Shown here one piece after another: positions 12,880 through 24,500 of a DNA stretch of 64,000 nucleotides. The stretch lies in assembly GCF_902713615.1 (NCBI RefSeq), contig NC_052147.1, positions 30,802,276 through 30,866,275 on the forward strand, written 5' to 3'. Under the pieces are notes generated by a model. That model made no database searches. It worked only from the letters and a program-made list of their open reading frames with translations, and was not told where the DNA came from. Numbering within the stretch: position 1 is the stretch's first letter; every line of letters starts with the position of its first letter. Position numbers and translations under genes: made by a program. The stretch comes from Scyliorhinus canicula. Taxonomy: Eukaryota.

Positions 12880-13455
12880 GGAGGAGGTGTTGGTGTTTCT
12901 TCTTACTGATTGTGGTCTGTTGGTCAGAAAGTCAAGGATCCAGTTGCAGAGTGGAGAGCCAAGTCCTAGGTTTTGGAGCTTTGATATGAGCTTGGCTGGG
13001 ATTATGGTGTTGAAGGCAGAGCTGTAGTCAATAAATAGGAGTCTGATGTAGGAGTCCTTGTTTTCGAGATGCTCTAGGGATGAGTGTACAGCCAGAGAGA
13101 TAGCATCTGCTGTGGACCTGTTGTGGTGGTATGCGAATTGCAGAGGAACAAGGCAGTCTGGAGTTGATATGTCTCCTGACTAACCTCTCGAAGCACTTTT
13201 TAATGATTGATGTCAGGGCCATCGGTCGGTAGTCATTGACGTATGTTGTCTGGTCCTTCTTTTGCACCGGTATGATAGAGGTCTTCTTGAAGCAGATGGG
13301 AACCTCAGAACGGAGTAGGGAAAGATCGAAGATGTCCACGAACACACCTGCCAGTTGGCCTGCGCAGCATCTGAGTGCAGACCAGGGACTCTGTCAGTAC
13401 CTGTTGCTTTCCGTGGGTTCATTTTTGAGAAGGCTGATCTGACTTCTGAGGCTGT
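12880..13455 (-). mobile_element. Rex1/Babar LINE RT fragment
   Basis: EVPICFKKTSIIPVQKK...[20 protein letters not shown] is characteristic of Rex1/Babar RT. Confidence 0.85.
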
Positions 13456-13745
13456 GACAGTAGGTATGGGTGTGTCCGAGGCTCTTGGGGCAGTTTACAA
13501 TGGTTCGTTGGCTTCCTGCTTGAAACAAACTTAGAATACATTGAGTTTATCAGGGAGGAGTACTCTGTTGCCAGAGATAGTAAAAGCCAAGCCGTCTTGA
13601 AAGTAAGGATTTTTAAAAACACTACTACAGCAATCATACACACACTAGTCCAGGCTTTTAACCCTTACTGCACCAAATAAACATATCTGAAATTCCTACG
13701 TTCATCACTCTATTGGATTCTGGCACTTGTTCATATGTACTTACT

Positions 13746-14110
13746 TTAAAAAAAAAATAAAATTTTTTATTGGAATTTTTTGAAAAATATATATCAACAG
13801 AACAATAATAACAATAATAATAATAAACACCCCCCGGCACCCGTAACAGCGCATATAACAAAACCCCCCACCCCCGCCAAACCCAATAAACAACAAAATA
13901 AATTAACAATAAGCAAATTAACTTAAACACTATCCCCCTAAACCCCCCCCCCCCCAATCCTTTCCCCCCCCCCCAAGGCTCGCGAACCTCCCGTCAATAA
14001 ACAGGTCTCCCAACTTCCTAATGCCCGCCCTGTGCCACCCCAGGAACCCGCCATCCATGTTCCCTGGGGTTCCCTCGCAGCGGGGCTTCCACCGAGCCCC
14101 CCACTTCCCG
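13746..14110 (-). mobile_element. L1 3' fragment with internal deletion
   Basis: DGGFLGWHRAGIRKLGDLFIDGRFASL matches the L1 at 1030-1110 and is fused directly to an L1-type 3' UTR with AATAAA and an A/T tail. Confidence 0.8.
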
Positions 14111-14443
14111 ATCGCGGGCCCATGGCACCCTTGGCACGGCCGTGGTACTGCTGTGCCAATCGGTGCCATGGTTATAAATAGCGAGTTTGTGACGCCGTTT
14201 TTACGAACGGCAAGACCAGGTGTGTTTGCCGTTCGTAAAAACGGCGGAAAGGGCTGGGACTTCGGCCCATCTAACAGCTGAGAATCGCTGCCGGCCGTAA
14301 AAAAACGGCGGCAGCGATTCGGGTCGGGACTTCGGCGGGGGGGGGGGGGGGGGGGGGGGGGGAATAGCGGGAGGGCGGCAAAAATGTCGGGAAGGCCCTC
14401 CCGCTATTCTCCCACCCGTCGTGGGGGGCGGAGAATTTCGCCC
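14100..14443. mobile_element. GC-rich MITE fragment with internal hairpin
   Basis: Ends GGAGAATTTCGCCC and contains the inverted repeat GAATAGCGGGAGGGC...GCCCTCCCGCTATTC, also seen at 47390-47423. Confidence 0.6.
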
Positions 14444-15626
14444 ATTGTATTTAAGTATTTTTTTGCAGTAAGGGTTAAAAGCCTGGGTTAGAGTGTGTTT
14501 GACTACTAAAATAATGTTTTAAATGATTCTTAGGTTGAACAAAGCTTTTGGGAGCCAGAGGTGCAACTAACCATTGTAAAAAGCTTCAGCTAATGCAGTT
14601 TTTTTTGATTGTGGGGATTCCTTGGGGAGTGAATTAGTTTTCAGCTTTGTGAGATGATTAGAAGTCATAGAATCCCTACAGTGCAGATGAAGGCCTTTCA
14701 GCCCATCAGGTCTGCATAGACCCTCTGAAAGAGCACCCACCTAGGCCCAACCGCCTGTAACCCCACCAAACCTGCACATCCCTGGACACGAGCGGCAATT
14801 TAGCATGGCCAATCCGTCTAACCTGCACACCTTTAGACTATGGAAGGAAACCGGAGCAGCCAGAGGAAACCCATGCAGACACAGGGAAAATCTGAAAAAT
14901 CTGCAGACATTCAACCAAGGCCAGATTTACATAGAACATAGAACAGTACAGCACAGAACAGGCCCTTCGGCCCTCAATGTTGTGCCGAGCCACGATCACC
15001 CTACTCAAACCCACGTATCCACCCTATACCCATAACCCAACAACCCCCCATTAACCTTACTTTTATTAGGACACTACGGGCAATTTAGCATGGCCAATCC
15101 ACCTAACCCGCACATCTTTTGGCTGTGGGAGGAAACCGGAGCACCCGGAGGAAACCCACGCACACAGGGGGAGGACGTGCAGACGCCACACAGACAGTGA
15201 CCCAGCCGGGAATCGAACCTGGGACCCTGGAGCTGTGAAGCATTTATGCTAACCACCATGCTGCCGTTCCACCTGTCAGTGCTGGGTGGAGCTAATGCAT
15301 CCGGCTTTTTGAGAAAGCATTTTCAGTTCAGTTCTGCTCTGGCTGGGAATACAAGTCAGGTTTTATGGAGCAGTGTATCACTATCGCAAACAAAAGCACG
15401 AAATTGTATTTCCATATCTTTGTGTAATATGACTAACATAACATTTTGAGCAACCTATTTCTGATTTTGGAATTCAGGACCTCTTTGGAATACTTTCCCA
15501 CTTTGTTTCCAGCCACAAGCAATCTGTCCCAGCTCAATATTAAACACAAGTTCTACAAAATAGCTGCATTACTGAGTTGTTCTATTTTCCACACGTACGG
15601 TTTTTGAGATTGCAAGTTTAACCTTT

Positions 15627-16105
15627 TTTTGATTTGATTTATTATTGTCACTTGTTAGTACACAGTGAAAAGTATTGTTTCTTGCATGCTGTACAAACAA
15701 TGCATACCGTACATAGGGAAGGAAGGAGATACTGCAGAATATAATGTTACAGTTATAGCAAGGTGTAGAGAAAAGATCAACTTAATCCGAGGTTGGTCCA
15801 TTCAAAAGTCTGATGGCGTAGGGAAGAAGCTGTTCCTGAGTCGGTTGGTATGTGGCCTCAAACTTTGGTATCTTCTTCCTGACGGAAGAAGGTGGAAAGG
15901 AGTATGTCCGGGGTGCGTGGGGTCCGTAATTATACTGGCTGCCTTTCCGAGGCAGCGGGAATTGTAGACAGAGTCGATGGAAAGAGGCTGGCTTGCGTAA
16001 TGGATTTGGCTATATTCACAACCTTTTGTCATTTCCTGCGGTCTTACCAGAAAGAATGCTTTCTATGGTGCATCTGTAGAAGTTGGTGAGAGTCGTAGGT
16101 GACAT
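15627..16105 (-). mobile_element. Rex1/Babar LINE 3' end
   Basis: KAASIITDPTHPGHTPFHLLPSGRRYQSLRPHTNRLRNSFFP C-terminus, then a tail ending TTTTCACTGT...GTGACAATAATAAATCAAATCAAA. Confidence 0.85.
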
Positions 16106-16729
16106 GCCAAATTTCCAAATTACCTGTCTCGGGCGGCAGGGTGGCGCAGTGGTTAGCACTGCTGCCTCATGGCGCCGAGGTCGTGGGTTCAATCCCGGCC
16201 CCAGGTCACTGTCCGTGTGGAGTTTTCACATTCTCCCTGTGTCTGCATGGGTCTCAACTCTCTTTTTCCTTCTCTGCCGTTTCTTTTTCCTATACTTCTA
16301 AATCCAGCTGTCTCAATTTTTCAGCAAGTTGTAATTGTTTAATTTGCAACTGGATCCTAGCTAATTCCAATAATTCACTTGCCAGAACTCAGGCTATGCA
16401 TCCGGCATCTCTTCCAAATTTAAATGCTGAGCTGTCGTTTTAGATTACCTCTACCTTCCACACCAGTGCAGGTACGTTCAACTGTGCAACTTGTCTACCA
16501 ATTCCAAAAGGTTTGTTTTAATAACCTTCTGTAAACCACCCAGGGTTATTTCTTTAATACCCAGAAAACCCTTGGCTTCTGAGAGCCATTTTACAAGTAA
16601 TTTCCTATTCAGCTGACAGAGTATTAGCACCTGAAAACAGCAGCTTCTCACATTCGCTGTCTTTAAATTCAACAATTCCACACTAAACCAGGAATTACAC
16701 TTTTAAAATCAAGGCAAAGAGCTCCAAAT

Positions 16730-17619
16730 TGTATTAGGATCTCAGGCAAGAATCCAACTATTTGCAATTTGTAAAACTGATGAAATGTTACTGCACCACA
16801 GGAGTGATAACACTGACCCATAGGTATCTTTCATGTTAAAATACACTCTAATTTAACCACATAATTAACAACATTAGCAATAAAGAAAGAAACAACTTTA
16901 CAGTTAACGGTTACAACAGTTCTTGAGTAAAAGAGAAAACCTTAACTTTATAAAGTTGCCATTATATTTTAATTAAGTAAACCAATATATTTCAAATACC
17001 ACTCATGGATAAAGTTTTTTTTAAATTTAGAGTACCCAATTCATTTTTTCGAATTAAGGGGCAATTTAGGGTGGCCAATCCACCTACCCAGCACATTTTG
17101 GCTGGGGGGACAAAACCCACTCAAAGACGGGGAGAATGTGATGGATAAAGTTAACAACCAGCTTTCTACTTGCTTTTCCCTGTGAAGAATCTTTGCCGAG
17201 ATAACCTTTCAGTACCAAATTGAAACACCTCTGTTCGGATAAGTTCTAGGACCAACTGACTTTTCCTCCCATTAACTACATCATCTGTCACCAAAGCATA
17301 AGTCATTATTTTGCCTCTTATTCAAGATGTCCTTTGACTTGTTTAGCCAGGACCATACACAATACCCTTCATAAATTATCTACTGCCAAGGGATCCTTCA
17401 AACATAAACAATATTCCATCAGCTAGCTATCTGTAAATAAGTAAATGGTTCTCAAATCTATCAGCAGAACACTTCACCTACAAAATCAATAATTACCTCA
17501 TTTTTATGACACCTTAATCACAGCTTTAGCAGTCATACTACCTGTATGCATTATAACCCAAGTTTTAATAACATTACTGCAAAAAATGTAAAATATGACA
17601 ATTTCTTACATTCATCTCA
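16730..17619 (-). repeat. 5' LTR of the Gypsy element (contains a SINE at about 17020-17140)
   Basis: Bounded by TG...CA on the + strand and homologous to 9359-9703. The adjacent GAGCTCCAA (about 16719-16727) looks like a decayed tRNA-Pro-type primer binding site (low certainty). Confidence 0.65.
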
Positions 17620-18066
17620 ATCTATGGCACAAGCTCTCAAGCACCCACGCTGCTGAAAGCCAGGCATGGAGGAAAGATCATCAAGGACAGGAAGGCAGTC
17701 AGTGCTTGCTGGACAGAACATTTTGATGAACTCCTTAGCGGAGACACCGTCATTGACTTGAACGTCCCCACCTCCTTCTGCAAAACTCCGTCAGGCTCAG
17801 TCACACTGTCAAGCGAGATTGAAAAATCCATTCAACAGTTGAAAACACAGCGAGGCCTCTGGAGAAGATGGAATCTATGCTCAAATTTTAGAACATGGTG
17901 CAGGTAGACTCCTGGCATGGCTGCACAATCTCATAGCTTTCATCTGGGAAAAAGAGCACGTGCTGGGTGATCTCACGGCTGCTGCAATTATGAGAAGGCA
18001 GGCAGGATTATTGCAAGGATCCTCGCTAATTGCTTCCTCCCCATGGCTGAGGAACTCCTTCTAGAG

Positions 18067-18397
18067 CAGGGGTGGGCAAACTACGGCCCGCGGGCCGCAT
18101 GCGGCCCGCCAAAGGTATTTCTGCGGTTTTTAATTTTTTTTTTAAAAGGTTAATGGGGGGGGGCGCTGTTGGGTTACTTACTGGTATAGGGTGGATACGT
18201 TGACTTGAGTAGGGTGATCATTGCTCGGTACAACGTCGCGGGCCGAAGGGCCTGTTCTGTGCTGTTCTATGTTCTATATGAGGCGCCCAGAATCATAACC
18301 GGGTGAAGTAATTATTTTACTTAATATACTATGCGGCCCTTTGTGAATTGTGAATTTCTGAATGTGGCCCTTGCACGGAAAAGTTTGCCCACCCCTG
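18067..18397 (+). mobile_element. hAT (Charlie-like) MITE carrying a SINE tail
   Basis: Perfect 16-bp TIRs CAGGGGTGGGCAAACT and perfect 8-bp TSD TTCTAGAG (18059-18066, 18398-18405). Confidence 0.95.
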
Positions 18398-18528
18398 TTC
18401 TAGAGTGATCACTCAAAACCAGCTCCATTGGACAGACATGTTGTATGACTGACACCAGACTCGCAAAGCTGTGGCAGGAGACTCCCAGGGCACAACTGAA
18501 GCACTTTAGGGATGCCCTGAAACCATCC

Positions 18529-18600
18529 CTCCGAAAGCTAGTGATTCAAAACAAACCTGCTGGACTTTAACCTGGTGTTGTAAAACCTCTTACTGTGCAC
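18529..18600 (+). mobile_element. Penelope-like pseudo-LTR fragment (3' half of hammerhead motif)
   Basis: CTCCGAAAGCTAGTGATTCAAAACAAACCTGCTGGACTTTAACCTGGTGTTGTAA matches the insert at 61407-61505 but lacks the CTGAnGA half. Confidence 0.65.
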
Positions 18601-18949
18601 ACTCCTAACGAGGTCACACATCCCCACAGACCCATGCCCAAACTGGAGGTTTGGGAAGGCATCAAATGCTTTGAGAAACGTTGTTGCGAATGTGCACACC
18701 AAAGCCAGGGCATTGGAGGGAGCACACAAAGCTCCAACTCAACCCTTCGAGCATCACCCACCTCCCATGTGGCAGACAGAATCTGCTAATGGCGCATTAG
18801 ATTTTATAGGCCATTTCAGAACCGGAATGGAAGCAAGTCATCCTTGATCCAGAGAGAGAGCCCAACACCACGGTGTTGCATTTTATAATTTATATTGGTG
18901 GTGTGTTGTCTAAATTGCCCGTTATACAATCTATATTGTGCAGATTGCA

Positions 18950-20120
18950 TTGCTCTCTCAAGACACGAGCTCCCATCGGGTCGACGACAGCCGTGAGCTG
19001 TTCATCCGGGTAACTGTTGACTTCCTGACCCCTCGCGAATCCGCGTCATCACCACTCAACCGCACTGGGCGCGCGCAGGCAAGCCTTCCGGGCGCCGTGA
19101 CGTCAATGGATCGACGCGCCCCTCGACCACTCAGGATCGCACGCGCCGGCCCGCTGACGTCGGCTGGATTGACAGGGCCCTCCGACCAATCGAAAAGCGA
19201 CTCTGCCCGCCGACGTCGGATGGCTTCACCCAACGGCAGGGCGGGGCGAGCGGGAGGAGGGAGGGACTAGTTGGCGCGGCCCCGCCCACCCTCCCTCCCT
19301 CCGCCCGCACGCATCTGGACACACAACCCCCATGTTGGCAATGGACGCGCGTCCCGTCGACTCTGACACAAAAGGAAGAGGAACACAATAGAGGGGAGGG
19401 AGGGGGGAAGGAGAGAGAAAAAAAAACTCCCCACACGGACTGAGAGGCGGCGAGCGCAGGGACCGCCGAGGAATGTGACAGTTTTTTTTAAATTATAAAT
19501 CCTATAATTGCTTCGAGGAGAGGATCCGACCCCCTTCCCCCCCCCCCCCCTCCCCAAAAAAACACGCCGCCCCGAATTTAATGGGCGCCTGAAGAGAGTG
19601 AGGAGAGAGTAGCGGGTACGTCCCCAGCACCCCCAGCCCGGAATCTGACCCCCTCTCCCTCCCCCCGGGCGAACACCAGGCCGGACTCCCCTGGTGGCAG
19701 TGAGGGCCGGGGAGGAGGTCAGTCAGTCAGCCCTGTTGACCCGGGGCTGGGGTTAGGTTTGGGGGGGTGGTGAGTTTGGGGGTGGGTGGGGGAAAGTTTT
19801 TTTTTGGGGGGGAGCGGGGGGGGTGTCTATCTGTGTGTCTCTGTCGGAGTCCCCGGGCTGTCGCCAGCTCTCCCCCCCCCCCCCCCTCCGCGAGGTGAGG
19901 TGACTCGGCTCGGTCGAGAAGGGGGGATATGTCCTCGCCCACCGTCAGCACGCCAGTGGAGAAAGTAGACGGATTCTCTCGGAAGTCGGTTCGCAAGACC
20001 AAGCAGAAGCGAGCGCAGAGCTCCTCGCAGTACAAGATCCAGGGCAAAGCCGTCGACCTGAGCCCCCTGCCTCTGCTGAAAGGTAAGGGCCACCGCCAGG
20101 CCTGCATCGTTTCCAGTTTC

Positions 20121-20156
<36 letters not shown>

Positions 20157-20200
20157 CGTTGTGTGCTGCTTCGGCTCTTGAGGCCACCAGACGAGCAGGT
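18950..20200 (+). promoter_or_regulatory. CpG-island promoter and 5' leader of PPP2R5E
   Basis: Sharp rise in GC and undepleted CpG, free of TEs. Full CRE TGACGTCA at 19098-19105, CRE-like TGACGTCG at 19155-19162, CCAAT at 19186-19190, GC boxes near 19239 and 19279, ETS-like CTTCCGG near 19085. Confidence 0.85.
19929..20082 (+). CDS. PPP2R5E: First coding exon of PP2A regulatory subunit B' epsilon (B56-epsilon)
   Basis: Encodes [51 protein letters not shown], closely matching the recalled vertebrate B56-epsilon N-terminus (..[38 protein letters not shown]). Ends in phase 1 at a strong donor AAG|GTAAGG (GT at 20083-20084). Confidence 0.93.
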
Positions 20201-20984
20201 CGATAAACTCCCGAACAGTGGTTTTAATGGGAGAAATAACTTTTGTTCTGAGCTACTGTAGAGGTTCCTGGAATAAAATGTGAGGAGGAGGGCGGTACGC
20301 TGTGTAAATTCACTCGGGATGTAATTATCCAACTTGGACATTTAAACGCCAATTGGAAGAAGCTTGGACGCCTATGTTCCCCTCTTCCCACCCCACTCCA
20401 TACTTTTTTTTTATGGTTGAAGTACTTAACTTCAACGGATTGTTGTTGTTTGCAGTTTTTCTGTTGCAGTTTTTCTGTTCAACTTGCTGTGGGGTGTTTA
20501 AAAAAAAATCTGGATCATCTGCGAGGGACAGGATTGTTACTCCCCTCTATCCAGGTGACCCAACGCCATTGTGTGGTTGCCAAGTTGACAGTGACTTCAC
20601 AGTCCATTCCCTGTTGCTGAAGTAACAAAGGTCTCTGGAGCAATGACTTTGTAACTGCTTTCTTGTGGGATTACCAGTTTTAAGTAAATGCTTTAGATAT
20701 AGTTTTATTTTCTGAGTTGTGTGCATTCAACTAAATCACACTGGTCAGGTGAGTTATTCTGCTGTCAGTATTTCACGTGCACAAGTGAACATGGGCATTC
20801 TAATGGCCTTGAAAAGGCTCTATTTTATCAGTTCTATAGCGATTTGCCGCCCAAGTCATTTTCAGCTAGCTATAACACCCTCGACGACTTTCAATATTAA
20901 TGGGAGCTGGGGTTCTACCGTAAGAGTGAATTATTGCAGCTTTGTATGTTGATTCTTGTCTGAGTGAGGTCTACAGTCCTCCTA

Positions 20985-21520
20985 GCCAGGATTATTTCAG
21001 GAAACAAAAAGCCTGTCCACCATCTACAAGGCACAAGTCAGGAGTGCAATGGAATACTCTACACTCCAGAGGCTCAACACCATCCAGGACAAAGCTGCTT
21101 GATTGCTACCCCTCCCACAAACATTCAATCCCTCCACCACTGACTAACAGTGGCAGCCTGTGTACCAACTACAAGATGCACTGCAGTTATTCACCGAGGT
21201 CCCTTAGATAACACGTTCCAAACCCATGACCACTACCATCTAGATTCTAGAAGGACAAGAGCAGCAGATACCTGGGAACCCCACCACCTGGAGTTTCAAG
21301 TCCAAGTCACTCACCACCCTGACTTGAAAATATATCGCCCATCCTTCACTGTTGTTAGGCCAACATCCTGGAAGTCCCTCCCTACTAGCATAGTAAGTGT
21401 ACCTAGATGTCAACGATTGAAGCTTTTCACGACCAGCTTCTGAAGGGCAACTAGGGGTGGGCAATAAATGTTAGCCTAGCCAGTGATGGTCACATCCTGT
21501 AAATGAATTTAAAAATAATA
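20985..21520 (+). mobile_element. CR1-superfamily LINE 3' fragment (second family)
   Basis: STIYKAQVRSAMEYS...LNTIQDKAA, and tail GGGCAATAAATG..GCCTAGCCAGTGA...CATCCTGTAAATGAATTT repeated at 51965-52095. Confidence 0.7.
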
Positions 21521-24500
21521 TCAAGCTAATGATTACAACAAGCCTAATCCTATAAGTTTTAGAAGAAAGGGGCTGAATGAGGTAAGTTGTGGTCAGGTGA
21601 TCCAAGTCTGGCAGGTTGTAATGGCACTGAGGTCTGGTTGTATTCTTGCATTTGAATCATTGGAGATTAGTAATGAGATGAGCGTAAACCAGAGGTAAAA
21701 CCTGGATCTTTGGTTTACACACCTGAGGCACTCTATGGATTTGGTTTACACACCTGAGCACTCAATGGATAGCCACCTCCGGAGAATCAGTGTTGAACTT
21801 TCTACCTTTCCTGTGAAAAGGATAAATTTTCTGGTGCTGTGTGTCAGTTTGGCGGAGAAAAATTATTTAATGTTCTGTTAATGTTTCTACTTTCCTGGGA
21901 ATTGATAGATAATAGCTTTGCCTTATTTAACACATCACAGTAGTTTGGGCATGATTAATTATAAAGGTTCCAATTTTTTCTTTGCATGAAGTAAGCTTAA
22001 ATTCTAGTGGTCGTTTCTTTCGCCGCATAGTACTTGATCTCAGTCTGTTGTCTCCCGTTTGTGTTATACATGGATATAACATGGGGCTAACATGAGAGTC
22101 CCCAGTTGGTCAGATCACATCTTAACTCAGGCATTCAGTTCTGGGCACCAGCCCTCAGGAAAACCGAATTGTCCTTGAAGGGCAATTGTCCTTAAAAGGG
22201 CATGCGGTACAGATTCAGCGGAGGGAGGGAGTGGAGTGTTATATGATAAAGAAAAGTATTACTGAAACTGAATGGAAAAATCTACAAGGCAATTGTGAGA
22301 TCGGTGAGGGTGGGTGTGTGGGCTTGGATAGGGTGCTCTTTCCAAGGGCCGGTGCAGACTTGATGGGCCAAATGGCCTCCTTCTGCACTGTAAGTTCTAT
22401 GAAACCAGTACTAAACAACGCTCTGGCGAGGTCTCCCAGGTGCAGCTGTTAGATCTTGGGTGCCAGGAGAATCCTACAATGACATATGTACAGATCTGGA
22501 TTACGCCCAGTGCAGGCAAGATCCAGATTGTGACATCTCACAAATCTCATCAGGCATTTTGAGCATGGCAGTTGTCATGAGTGGTCTCTCGCGAGATTCA
22601 ACGGCGTAGCCCTGACACCAAGTCGGGCGTGTCGAGGTCATTGAATTACCCCCTACACTGTGAGCAGCGAATACAGTAGACTAAATTTAAAGAAAAAAGA
22701 GGGCAAGTTGTAATGCAGATAAGCCTGTATCTAATTCAGTGTCAGCACATATTTGAGGGGCTGAATGGCCTCCCGTACCTTCTATGTTGGTTTTAGTCTT
22801 TTTAAAAACTCGTATCTTCTCATCAAATAATAACAGATTTTATAATTTAAAAAAATAAATTTAGAGTACCCAATTACTTTTTTTCCAATTAAGGGGTAAT
22901 TTAGTGTGGCCAATTCACCTAACCTGCACATCTTTGGGTTGTGGGGGTGAAATGGGGAGAATGTGCAAACTCCACACGGACAGTGACCCAGGGCCCCGAT
23001 TCGATCCCGGGTCCTCAGCGCCACAGTCCCAGTGTGCCACGTGCCATCCCCAGTTTTTTGCTTGGAGGATAGGGAAAGATAATTAAACTGATTAAACATT
23101 ATGCTGCTGACTGTTGGGATGCCCCTTTGACATTTCAGGAAGTTTGTTTTCTGGTACTGAAATCTGTTTGATCAGTTGAGGGCAGTTGAGTTTTCTCATT
23201 GTAAAGTATGCTCACACTGGCAGATGAGGAAACAGTCATGATTTTCTTTCTCTCCCTTCCCTGCAGAAATGCTGAAAAATAAAGCTTCTAATGTTTTGCA
23301 GCCAAAGTTAGTTTGCTGACCAAGTGGGTCATTAAGCTTGTCTGCTTTCAGCTAATCAAATAGTTTAAATTTGACAATAGCCCCCAATTACAGAAGAAAT
23401 GTTCCAGAATTGTGAAATTTGTCTTTTAGCTTCAAAACCAGAAGTCATTCATCTTTTTAAGGGTTCAATCATGCATGCAAGTAAGCAGGCCTTCACACTG
23501 GAGCCATATGCTGGCAAAACAACTCCATCTGCAGGCTGTGCACATTACCTATTACAATTAAATTCTTCCTTTCTCAGTTGGAAATGTAGTTCTTGCACAA
23601 CACTGATCAAATGAAGTAAATCAGCGATGGAAGATTCTTACTTGTTCCCCATTCCAATACATTCTTTAAGCTGCCACACTAAGCCCTCTGGTAGTCCTTT
23701 CCTCACTTCATATTTCCCACTTTCCTCCCTCCTCCAAATACCTAATAACCCTCCACTGCTAACAGCCTCCTAGCACCTTTCTGATATGGGTCAACATTAA
23801 AGAGTATCAACAGCTTAACTGTGGAAGAATATAGTCCAGCTCTCGCATGTTTATACTTTCTAACAGGCATCACTAAAAGTACACAGTAGCGACTTGGCAT
23901 AATTTTCCCCTCACTTTACTGAGGCCACTTGTTGCATTTCAGATTTAGTTGACTCTAGCATGGTCGCTTTTATTACTAAACCCTAGTTGTCCAGATTGTG
24001 ATTTTTCCTTTCTCTCTTCAACAGACTAGCATGCAAGGACACTTTTGAGAGTATTAGCAATCAGCCACATAATGTACATAATCATGTGTTGTGCCTTCTC
24101 GGGTTCACTCACTTCTCTGAAGAGCATTTGTGAACCAGTTTGGATTTTACAAAACCTGACCGCTCTTAAGATCATACTTCCCTGTGTTGGACCAAATTAC
24201 TGGATGTATTGATTTCCAAGTTGCAACTATCATGGTGGGATTTGGTAGTGCAGAGCTAGAACCACTACCTAACCGTCTCTGTAGATGCAATGTAGCGGGT
24301 TAATTGGAGTGGCTGCAATCAGCTAAGAACATAGCCAGAGGATGAACCACATTACCCATCCATTTTTTTTTGTATTGGTATCATACTATGCAATACCTCC
24401 CTTCAATGTCACCCCTGGAGTTTGATATTTTCAGCAGTTCTGACTTTAGCCCATGGAATAATAAATTCAATTTTGGCAATCACTATTGCAAAGATATATT

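Larger units (their letters stand above)
9340..17619 (-). mobile_element. Degenerate Gypsy (Gmr1-like) LTR retrotransposon with nested insertions
   Basis: Direct repeats of about 350 bp (9359-9703 and 17266-17610). Gag-like remnant at 16260-16600. Integrase C-terminus (DWDKGI, LIFGHEVKGPL, GPYQIERKLSEVNY) at about 11840-12320. RT (IKQHPFRLN, WQIPLSERAKAVSAFVTPNGLY) at about 10700-11600, then RNase H start. Confidence 0.85.
17620..18865 (+). mobile_element. RTE-clade LINE, continuation and 3' end
   Basis: IYGTSSQAPTLLKA...WTEHFDELL, ASGEDGIYAQIL, KHFRDALKPSL and WEGIKCFE are RTE-like. Interrupted by a hAT MITE and a Penelope-like fragment. Confidence 0.7.

Noticed and set aside
9359-17610. 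350-bp direct repeat as a segmental duplication
   Set aside because: It is better explained as paired LTRs, because gag, integrase and RT remnants lie between the copies.
20083-20261. Extension of the PPP2R5E ORF (GKGHRQ...poly-Pro)
   Set aside because: This is read-through past a canonical donor into the intron, and homology stops at PLLK.
19727-20341. 204-aa minus-strand ORF with poly-Gly across the exon
   Set aside because: It is a GC-rich CpG-island artefact antisense to the PPP2R5E exon, and the poly-Gly comes from C-runs.
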